Positions 17,057 through 24,650 of a stretch of 59,102 nucleotides of DNA are shown piece by piece. The translations under genes and the position numbers were made by a program. The notes under the pieces were generated by a model, which saw only the letters and a program-made list of their open reading frames with translations, was not told where the DNA came from and ran no database searches. Position 1 is the first letter of the stretch. Each line of letters opens with the position of its first letter. This stretch comes from Kiritimatiellia bacterium (GTDB lineage Bacteria; Verrucomicrobiota; Kiritimatiellia; RFP12; UBA1067): positions 1 through 59,102 of the forward strand of contig JAGYOL010000002.1 of the NCBI GenBank assembly GCA_018399555.1. The letters run 5' to 3'.

Positions 17057-20000
17057 TCACAGTTCATCCTGTTCCATCACCACCCGGAAACCAGTGTCAT
17101 ATACGCTCTGCCAGAGGGGATATTCAAGTTTCTGGTCGAAACCGGCCTTGTCGGGACGGGTCGACCAGGAACCGCCGCAGGCTGCAGCCACATCGGAATG
17201 AGTGCTTTCAACCGTCCACTCACGAACGTTGCCGATGGTGTCGTGCAAGCCCCAGGTGTTGGCGGCGAGACTTGCGCAGGGGGCCGCAACGCGGAATCCG
17301 TCATCGACCGTTGCCATTGCAGGACGTCGGCGGGCTATTGCTCCGTAAGGCAGACCCCAACTGTGTTTAGCCACATTTTGGAATGATTTATCCGCCAGAT
17401 TAGCCACAACGTTGAATTCAGAAGGCTTATTTTTCCAAGCGAAGGCCGAGCTCTCTCCTGCACGTGCCAGCCAGCACCATTCGTCAGCGGTGGGCAGCCG
17501 GCAGGTTCTGCCGGTTCTGCGTGTCAGCCAGCGACAGAAACTGATTGCCGCCTGTGCCGAGACGCGGCATACGGGCTGTTGCGCCAGATTACATGGAAAT
17601 CCCCGCTCTTCAGCACTGAACTGCAGAAAATCGCCCGCTTCAATGCGGCTGTCATGTGATGGATCAAAGCAGGCATACTGTTCGTTACTCACCTCACAGA
17701 CCGATGCCCGGAAAGCTTTTGAAATTTCAGTTGTGCTCTGATCAGCAGTTATCATTCTTCCGGGCGGGATATCTCGGAACTTTATGAGCACGCCTTTGCC
17801 CAGATCGAAAGTTGTTGCATCACTACGCGGATTACAAGTTGCAACACACAGAGTTACCTGCTCTGCTTTGAGTTTTGTGTTTTTTTCAATCACAGCGCAA
17901 TCCGGTAAGGCTTTTTTGAAGGAGCCAGCGTTTGGACGTGCGGCAAAAAATGTGCCGGACTTGCTGCGCACGGCACTGTCTTCCAGGTCTTCGTCGATGC
18001 CTGCGTATGCTTTCATCAGTTCACGTCGGCGGTGGGCGAGAGAGTTGACCCGCCCGGTTCCGGCGATTTCCGTCCAGGTTCCATGTGCCGGCGTGTTCAA
18101 ATCTATCCAGGTCACAATTCGATCCCACTCTTCAGGTGTCAGAACAACTCCGTGATGACCACCCTCGAGCATCTGCACCAGTTCGGTTGTGCCAGCATGA
18201 AATTCACAGGGTGTCAGCAGATGCATGTCGCTTTCGATTGTGTGTCCGCGAACGAAGCGAAGCAGTTCGAGATACGCGGGAGGAAAGAGTGCGTTTGCAT
18301 CGTAGTACTTTGAAGGCGAGCCGGTTCTCACCATGGCACCCAGTCGCAGATCCGGACGATCAGCTGCACTGCCGTCATGACAACTTACACAGGCGCGGTC
18401 AAGAACCGACTGTACTTCGCGGTTGAAGGAGAATCCGCGTGCGGCACCATACCAGGGTTTTATTTTTACCGGCGGACGTTGCATAGCCTGCATCGCAACG
18501 CGTGGGCCTGAACTCGTGTTCTGAGGTTCATGACAACCGGTGCAACTTTGCAACTCGCCCGGCATCACAGTTGTCCAGCTACGCATAAGCTGCAGGGCGC
18601 GCCCATTTTTGTCGAGTGGTTGAAAGGCAACGGGGGTGTTGGCGGGAACCTCGAAAAAAGCCGATCCGTCCGGTTCCACCGGCACTGTACCCAGGATGCG
18701 TCTGACATCCCAGGGGCCATCCATTCCGACGCGATCCACCTGACCTCCCATACCACGATAGGAGAAGGCATAGGAGAATATCCTCAGAGCTTTGACTGTG
18801 CCGCGTGGAACGTTTTTGAGCCCGGGTCCCTGATAGACGTCTATGATTTTTGCCAGGGCTGGTTTTTCAGGATCAATGATTGATGGACGAATCGGCGGGC
18901 GCTGACGCTGCCGCAGCGGTGCGATTTCGAGCAATGCGTGCTCAGGACATTCCAGTAGGGGGGTCAGATTGTCAAATGTGTCAACCAGGTAAATTCCATA
19001 GGTCGAGTCTTTTTGCAGACGAAGCGAGACCAGATAGAAATTCTGATTCAGCGGCAAAGGGAAAAGAAACTTGGGCCAGGAGTCGCTGACCAGTCGGTCC
19101 TCGATCACCGGTTCAACTTTTTTGCCGCGTCCCGGTATGCGTTGCACCGCTCCGTCGGCTTCATGGCGGCCAAGGGAAGGATCGAAGATTACCAGTTCAC
19201 CTTCACGGCGGGTATCGTGATGACCGGAGACAATCGCCGCGAATTTATGCGGCTGTCCGGGGATCGGCTGTGCATGAAACATTGAGTTTGGCCAGTAGGA
19301 ATTGCTGCCGTAAAGTTCGCGCTGTGTAGTGCCGTCAGGGTTCATTGTAAAAAGAATACGTCCGACAAAGTGTGGGATGTCGCTGTATTCCCAGCGCAGA
19401 TACATAACACTGCCGTCGGGCAGCATAGTCGGGTCCCAGTTGTGTTCCTGATCGAATGTGATTCTGCGGATGCTCCGGTTACGCTCTTCATATTTGTATA
19501 TGTTGGCAATATGCGAACTGCCGCGTACACAAGGCACGCCGTTCATTGTGGCGGTTGAAAGAAACAGATAACTGTTATCCGCCAGCCAGCAGCCGGAATA
19601 ATTGTCCACATCATCATCCATAATTTGCATCATCGCTTTCGGCCCGCTGAGCGGATCGGTGAGTGATATCTCATAGATACGGTAACGCCCTTCTGAGGTG
19701 TTTGATGTGAACATCAGACGTTCGGCATCCCAGTGTAGCTTGAGGTGTCCGACAAAGGTTTCAGCACGATCCGGTTGCCAGAGTGTTGTAATTTCAGGTG
19801 CTGAACGAAGGTTGGTGATATATATGATACGGTTGCTTAATCCCTGACGTCCTGTTTCATGCTGATTACTCCAGTTATCGGGCAGTGCCAGGTTGTTGGT
19901 CGAACGTTCAACCGCGATAAAATTGCAGTCAGGTAGCAGAGGCAGACTTTTGAGAGCGGTGTGAACCGCTTCACAAAGCTTACGCGCGGATGGCATTGCC

Positions 20001-20242
20001 TTTTCCGGATCGGAATCAAGTTGTTCCAACAATTGGTCACGTTCCTGTGCCAAGGTGTCCAGCCAAGCATAACTTTGCGGGGTGCGGCACTTGTCCGGCC
20101 ACTCACTGTGCATATGCTCTAATGCAACTCTGACGGCTTCGGGATTGATCAGTCGCAACCGGTTCCGGATTTTCTCCGGTTCGGCAGCCTGCGTTGCTGT
20201 GAATAACAGCAGAATAGTTAGTATGACGGTCGATTTTTGCAT
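17057..20242 (-). CDS. Periplasmic multidomain protein: TolB/PD40-like beta-propeller region, two CXXCH motifs (the second in a planctomycete-cytochrome-like context) and a C-terminal FGE/SUMF1-like domain
   Basis: The track start at 20269 is TTG. The ATG at 20242 gives a clean signal peptide (MQKSTVILTILLLFTATQA). PDGSVMYLRWEY is a propeller-like repeat. CTGCH at 18530..18544 and CVSCH at 18377..18391. C-terminal motifs: RVSAQAAISFCRWL, CRLPTADEW, GNVREWT, GGSW, GFRVV. Confidence 0.85.
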   Translation of the reverse strand: MQKSTVILTILLLFTATQAAEPEKIRNRLRLINPEAVRVALEHMHSEWPDKCRTPQSYAWLDTLAQERDQLLEQLDSDPEKAMPSARKLCEAVHTALKSLPLLPDCNFIAVERSTNNLALPDNWSNQHETGRQGLSNRIIYITNLRSAPEITTLWQPDRAETFVGHLKLHWDAERLMFTSNTSEGRYRIYEISLTDPLSGPKAMMQIMDDDVDNYSGCWLADNSYLFLSTATMNGVPCVRGSSHIANIYKYEERNRSIRRITFDQEHNWDPTMLPDGSVMYLRWEYSDIPHFVGRILFTMNPDGTTQRELYGSNSYWPNSMFHAQPIPGQPHKFAAIVSGHHDTRREGELVIFDPSLGRHEADGAVQRIPGRGKKVEPVIEDRLVSDSWPKFLFPLPLNQNFYLVSLRLQKDSTYGIYLVDTFDNLTPLLECPEHALLEIAPLRQRQRPPIRPSIIDPEKPALAKIIDVYQGPGLKNVPRGTVKALRIFSYAFSYRGMGGQVDRVGMDGPWDVRRILGTVPVEPDGSAFFEVPANTPVAFQPLDKNGRALQLMRSWTTVMPGELQSCTGCHEPQNTSSGPRVAMQAMQRPPVKIKPWYGAARGFSFNREVQSVLDRACVSCHDGSAADRPDLRLGAMVRTGSPSKYYDANALFPPAYLELLRFVRGHTIESDMHLLTPCEFHAGTTELVQMLEGGHHGVVLTPEEWDRIVTWIDLNTPAHGTWTEIAGTGRVNSLAHRRRELMKAYAGIDEDLEDSAVRSKSGTFFAARPNAGSFKKALPDCAVIEKNTKLKAEQVTLCVATCNPRSDATTFDLGKGVLIKFRDIPPGRMITADQSTTEISKAFRASVCEVSNEQYACFDPSHDSRIEAGDFLQFSAEERGFPCNLAQQPVCRVSAQAAISFCRWLTRRTGRTCRLPTADEWCWLARAGESSAFAWKNKPSEFNVVANLADKSFQNVAKHSWGLPYGAIARRRPAMATVDDGFRVAAPCASLAANTWGLHDTIGNVREWTVESTHSDVAAACGGSWSTRPDKAGFDQKLEYPLWQSVYDTGFRVVMEQDEL

Positions 20243-20293
20243 GACACTTCTCTTTACAGGCGGTTTCAATCACTGGGCATGGGTTATGCCGGG

Positions 20294-21502
20294 TCAAATA
20301 GCTTTCAGTGCCTTTTTCAGATCCGCGATCAGTGTTTTCGGTTCCTCGATTCCCGCTGAGAGGCGTACGGTATTTGCGTTTACGCCGAATCCGAGTCGCC
20401 TTTCCGAGGGAAGATAGAGCATAGTTGTGAGATACGGAATACAGATCAGTGTTTCCGTGGATCCAAGACTGACGGCGTGATAGATCGAATCCAGTGAGGA
20501 AATGAATTTTTTCGCATCTTCCTGAGTTTTACCGATATCAAAAGCCATCATTCCGCCGAAACCGTTGTGCATTTGTTTCTTTGCTGTTTCGTGTCCCTGA
20601 TCGCTTTCAAGACCCGGGTAACGCAGGTTTGAGATATGCGGATTGTGTTCCAGATGACGTGCTATCTGCAGCGCGTTGGAAGCCATTTTTTCCGCCCGCA
20701 GCGAGAAGGTTTTCAATCCGCGCTCCAGCAGCGAAGCCGAATAAGCATCCAGAGTTGTGCCGATGGCCTGCCGCGTGAACCACAGAGCATCATAATGCGA
20801 TTTTGAACCTGCAATCGCGCCGGCCATCAGGTCATTGTGGCCTCCCAAGCCTTTTGTTGCGCTGTGGACAACAAGATCGGCTCCCAATTTCAAAGGGTTC
20901 TGATGAAAAGGCGTTGCGAATGTGTTATCCACAACCAGCATGGCATTGATCTTCTTTGTCATTTGAGCCAGAGAGTGGATGTCCATGATTTTGCACAATG
21001 GATTTGTCGGGGTTTCACAGAAAACCATAGCCGTGTTGGTTTTCATGTGCTTTTCAACCAGCGGCCAGTCCGAAGCATCGAGCCAGGTGATCTCCACGCC
21101 CATTCTTTCGAGAATCAGTGAAACTTTATAGTTCGCTCCGTAAATATCATGGAAAAGAATCAGATGATCTCCTGCGCTTAGGTAGGTGAGGAACACCATG
21201 GTGCAGGCGGCCATACCGCTTGTGACAATAATACAATCCTCCGCATCCTCCATCTGAGCGATAATTTTTTCCACGGATCGCACTGTCGGATTGTCATCCC
21301 GGTGATAGGTGTAACCGTCAACTTCACCGTCGGTGATCTGCCGTAGCACCTCGAATGATTCATATTCATAGTTCACCGAATTGACAATGGGCGTAACCAT
21401 GGGTTTATTGCCGTACGGTGTCAAAGGACCTTTCATCATATCAGACCTTTCAGAGAAAGAGATTGTTTTTTGCGCATCCATCCCGTAAAAATGAATACAC
21501 AT
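20294..21502 (-). CDS. Cys/Met-metabolism PLP-dependent enzyme (cystathionine gamma-synthase, methionine gamma-lyase or O-acylhomoserine sulfhydrylase family)
   Basis: Family motifs PIVNSVNYEY and VVHSATKGLGGHNDLMAG (PLP lysine). The start is uncertain, with alternative ATGs at 21481 and 21439. Confidence 0.85.
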   Translation of the reverse strand: MCIHFYGMDAQKTISFSERSDMMKGPLTPYGNKPMVTPIVNSVNYEYESFEVLRQITDGEVDGYTYHRDDNPTVRSVEKIIAQMEDAEDCIIVTSGMAACTMVFLTYLSAGDHLILFHDIYGANYKVSLILERMGVEITWLDASDWPLVEKHMKTNTAMVFCETPTNPLCKIMDIHSLAQMTKKINAMLVVDNTFATPFHQNPLKLGADLVVHSATKGLGGHNDLMAGAIAGSKSHYDALWFTRQAIGTTLDAYSASLLERGLKTFSLRAEKMASNALQIARHLEHNPHISNLRYPGLESDQGHETAKKQMHNGFGGMMAFDIGKTQEDAKKFISSLDSIYHAVSLGSTETLICIPYLTTMLYLPSERRLGFGVNANTVRLSAGIEEPKTLIADLKKALKAI

Positions 21503-21676
21503 GATATCACTGCGGCGGAGGCATTGCCATTATCTTTTCAGGGGGTCGCTGAGGGGGTCAACCCTCAAATTAAGTTTTAAGTCGTTTCTTAGTATGTGCC
21601 GGGGGCATCTCTGTTGACCTGTTTTTTCGTGATAATGGTTTCTCCGAAAGACCGAATTTTCTGGTGTTGGTGGATG

Positions 21677-22486
21677 TTATTCCATTCTCTTCTGCAGCAG
21701 TGCAGCGTCCAGCACCTGCCGGGCGGCATTGCAGCAGCGGTCAACTCCGGGTGAGTCGGTCAGAGATTTGAGATAGGTGCGGCGGAATTCCACCACTCCA
21801 CGTTCGGCTGCAATTCTCAGTGCGGAGATGTTATGAAATCCGCTGATGACCCAGCCGACCTGAATCATGATGAAGTCCGAGAGTGATTGAATAAGCGCAT
21901 AATCGACCGGCTCTCCGTTGCAGATCGATTCCACCAGCCGGGGATTGGGTGGTTCAGTGATGCTCAAGCCCCAGGTGATCTCCGGATCCCGTGCGATGCT
22001 GCCGTCGCGCACCGCTTCCTCCATGACACGGAAGATGTCCAGTTTGTCGGCGTCACGTGTCAGGTGAGTCAGCTCGGCGGAAAAGGTGTCAAGTTCAGCG
22101 GGCACCTCTTTCTTGTTATGCCATCTGACCGCTTCGATCAGATGCCGGGCGTCAGCACCCTCACACTTGCGTAGGATATCGAGTTGGCGGATAACCGCCA
22201 CACCTCTCTCCGCATGGTCAACCGACTCCGAGTCGCGATAGGTGCCGAACTCGGCAAACTGCGAAAAACGTCCGATGTCATGCAGCAGTGCGGCTGTTTC
22301 ACCGAGAGGAAAGTCGGTCTGCGTCCATTCTTCCAGACGCATAATTTCCGCGGAGTTGCGGATCACATGCCGGGTGTGACTCAGTTTGAGCTGCAGCATT
22401 GTGGACAGAGTGCCGCCATTTTCACGGAATGTATCGACGTAATGTTGAAAACGTGCGACTATCTCTTTGCTTAACTGGACTGTCAT
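21677..22486 (-). CDS. HD-domain metal-dependent phosphohydrolase
   Basis: LSHTRHV...AALLHDIGR...VDHAERG is the HD signature. No GYP motif. Confidence 0.8.
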   Translation of the reverse strand: MTVQLSKEIVARFQHYVDTFRENGGTLSTMLQLKLSHTRHVIRNSAEIMRLEEWTQTDFPLGETAALLHDIGRFSQFAEFGTYRDSESVDHAERGVAVIRQLDILRKCEGADARHLIEAVRWHNKKEVPAELDTFSAELTHLTRDADKLDIFRVMEEAVRDGSIARDPEITWGLSITEPPNPRLVESICNGEPVDYALIQSLSDFIMIQVGWVISGFHNISALRIAAERGVVEFRRTYLKSLTDSPGVDRCCNAARQVLDAALLQKRME

Positions 22487-22575
22487 TGGTGTTTATGGTA
22501 TTATGAACGGCTCAAAAAATCAACTAAGTTGCATTTGAATCTCTCAGTCGTAATGCTGTAGAATAGAGGGCAGTT

Positions 22576-23358
22576 ATGAAAAATAAAAAATGTAAGATTA
22601 TGGTTGTCGATGATGACCGCAGCCTGCTGGACACGCTTGCTGATTTTCTTGAGTTCGAGGGTTATGAGGTTCAATGTGTGACCAGCGGCGAAGATGCGCT
22701 GGTGCAGATGCGTCCTTTTCAACCCGATTTAATCGTGCTCGATATGAGTATGCCCGGCATGGGCGGCAAGGGTTTTCTCGACCGCATCACCAATCCGGAT
22801 GGCAGCACGACTTACCCGGTTGTGGTGCTGACCGCCCGTGCGGCCATGGCCGAGTATTTTGCGGATAAGAACATAGCGTCATTTCTGGCCAAGCCCTGCG
22901 ATCCTGAAGATCTGCTGATGGAGATCAGCCGCGTTCTTTTCCTGGAGACCGATGAGAGTGCCGTTGGCAGAGAACCGGTTGAAAAAACGATACGTAAAGT
23001 TGTGGTCGCGGAGAGGGATATGGAACTTAAAGCCAGGCTGAAAAGCGAGTTTTCCGCCGCCGGTTTCGAGGTGGTGACAGCGGCTGACGGTGCCGAGGCT
23101 TTTGAAAAATGTGTGGAAATCAAACCGGATGCGGTTGTGATGCGGATTGATATCGACCGGATGAACGCCAATGAGGTGGTGGCGATGCTCAAAAGGCTGC
23201 CGGGAACTGCCGAGGCTAAAGCGGTTATCTACGGCGTTGAGCTGCCTGATGTCGATCTTGATCTGGTGGCGAATTTGGCTGTGGCGCAGAACTGTCTTGT
23301 CAAAGATGCAGATGCGGATGCGATTGTCGACCGCGTGATGCATGTAACCGGGGCATGA
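22576..23358 (+). CDS. Output-less response regulator with a canonical receiver followed by a degenerate (pseudo-)receiver domain
   Basis: REC1 has VVDDD, DLIVLDMSMPGMGG, VVVLTA and LAKP. REC2 has VVAERD and DAVVMRIDIDRMN, with Arg at the phospho-acceptor position. Confidence 0.85.
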   Translation: MKNKKCKIMVVDDDRSLLDTLADFLEFEGYEVQCVTSGEDALVQMRPFQPDLIVLDMSMPGMGGKGFLDRITNPDGSTTYPVVVLTARAAMAEYFADKNIASFLAKPCDPEDLLMEISRVLFLETDESAVGREPVEKTIRKVVVAERDMELKARLKSEFSAAGFEVVTAADGAEAFEKCVEIKPDAVVMRIDIDRMNANEVVAMLKRLPGTAEAKAVIYGVELPDVDLDLVANLAVAQNCLVKDADADAIVDRVMHVTGA

Positions 23359-23491
23359 TGAGTGACAAGGATGAAGGGTGAGGGATGAATTATGAAAAGC
23401 GGTATCGTTATCGGTATCGACATAGCCTCGTATCCCGTATCGCATATCGCGTAATCCTGAACCTCGTCCCGTAAAAAAAGGATGGAAGTGT

Positions 23492-23947
23492 ATGCGTTGC
23501 CCGGATTGCGGTGGAAATGATGACAAAGTTCTCGACAGCCGTCTGGCTCGTGAAGGCAAGGCCATCCGTCGCCGTCGGCAGTGTCTGGTCTGCGATTGCC
23601 GCTTCACCACCTATGAGGAGATAGCACGCGACGAACTGCGGGTGATCAAACGTGACGGCAGAGTCGAAATCTTCGATCGTATGAAACTCGAACGCGGGCT
23701 TAAACGCGCCTGTGAAAAACGGCCGGTCTCATCGGATACAATTCATGATCTGCTTGATCGCATTATTACCGGATTCGGCGACCGCACCGAAATCACGGTT
23801 GATGAGATCGGACGGGCGGTGTTGAAGGAGCTGCACGGCATCGACCAGGTGGCTTATGTGCGCTTCGCCTCGGTCTACCGTCGCTTTGATGATGTCAGCC
23901 AGTTTCTGAATGAGATTAAAAATATAGGCACTGCGCCGGTTGATTGA
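23492..23947 (+). CDS. nrdR: Transcriptional repressor NrdR (zinc ribbon + ATP-cone)
   Basis: MRCPDCGGNDDKVLDSR...RRRQCLVCDCRFTTYE followed by an ATP-cone (VIKRDGRVEIFDRMKL...). Confidence 0.95.
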   Translation: MRCPDCGGNDDKVLDSRLAREGKAIRRRRQCLVCDCRFTTYEEIARDELRVIKRDGRVEIFDRMKLERGLKRACEKRPVSSDTIHDLLDRIITGFGDRTEITVDEIGRAVLKELHGIDQVAYVRFASVYRRFDDVSQFLNEIKNIGTAPVD

Positions 23948-24258
23948 TGATGCTGAAGTTAACCGTCTATATTCCCGCTACTCATCTTGAAGCAGTCAAA
24001 AATGCGCTCTTTGCCGCCGGTGCTGGGCGTTACCGTAACTACGATCGCTGCTGTTGGCAGGTACTCGGGCAGGGTCAGTTTCGTCCGCTCCAAGGCAGCA
24101 AGCCTTTTCTGGGTGTGATTGATGCCGATGAATATGCCGATGAATATCGTGTTGAGATGCTCTGCCCCGATGAACTGCTCTGCGATATACAGCAGGCACT
24201 GCTTGCAGCCCATCCCTATGAAGAGCCGGCCTACGATTTTGTGAAGATTGAAGGGTGA
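23947..24258 (+). CDS. Small NIF3/YqfO insert-domain-like (PII-fold) protein
   Basis: KLTVYIPATHLEAVKNALFAAGAG...YDRCCWQVLGQGQFRP...EVEMLCPDELL..HPYEEPAYDF matches the stand-alone ~100-aa NIF3-related family. The ATG overlaps the nrdR stop (TGATG); the track start at 23944 is TTG. Confidence 0.6.
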   Translation: MMLKLTVYIPATHLEAVKNALFAAGAGRYRNYDRCCWQVLGQGQFRPLQGSKPFLGVIDADEYADEYRVEMLCPDELLCDIQQALLAAHPYEEPAYDFVKIEG

Positions 24259-24650
24259 AAGTGCCCTTCAATCACTTTCGGCAACATTGGCTCGAATAAG
24301 AGTGGTTTTTTTGGCACTGTTTTTTGTGCGGTAAATGATCGGATGTATTTAAAATGGCTGAACCCGCCATACTTGTTGATTTGTGCGGAGCAGGAGGCGA
24401 GTCGCTATGCGGCTCGTCATGAAATAGCTGTTGTCGCCGATCGCGAAAAGCCGGATGAAGATGCCGCAGAGCAGTACGAACAGATTTACATAAAATACCA
24501 ACAGGCAGCCAAACTCCTCGGGGAGTGGGCGCAGTAGGGGCAGGCTTTATATGCCACGTCGTAGATAGGCGAGTGTCTGCTTTGGATCTGACATCTCGTC
24601 CACATGGTCTACAAAGTCCACTATGCCCACAAATTATTAGAGAAAACAAA

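Noticed and set aside
21503-21676. Checked the 174-bp leader upstream of the Cys/Met PLP-enzyme gene for a SAM riboswitch or T-box
   Set aside because: Neither strand shows the conserved SAM-I/SAM-II core sequences or a specifier/T-box motif. There are only G-runs (GGGGGTC) with no convincing nested helices.
22535-22564. TTGAAT-18 nt-TAGAAT sigma-70-like promoter upstream of the response-regulator gene
   Set aside because: A transcript starting ~7 nt after the -10 element would begin at or beyond the GAGGG ribosome-binding site, only ~5 nt before the ATG. The geometry is implausible unless the mRNA is leaderless.
22879-23610. 243-aa minus-strand ORF spanning the response-regulator gene and the nrdR start
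   Set aside because: It lies antisense to two well-supported genes, its composition is Arg/Ser/His-rich, and it has no motifs. This is a typical shadow ORF of GC-rich coding DNA. The same reasoning applies to 28527..29429 (+, antisense to rsmE), 29671..30267 (+, antisense to dnaJ), 40841..41536 and 41094..41807 (-, antisense to ftsH), 51124..51816 (-), 5834..6445 (+), and the many short ORFs inside 1730..8668.
24343-24537. 64-aa plus-strand ORF (MYLKWLNPPYLL...EQYEQIYIKYQQAAKLLGEWAQ) in the 390-bp gap before the 24651 gene
   Set aside because: The composition is protein-like, but there is no SD and no recognisable family, and it competes with an equally unsupported 125-aa antisense ORF (24272..24649). 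I cannot support it as a gene from sequence alone. It is worth a ribosome-profiling look.
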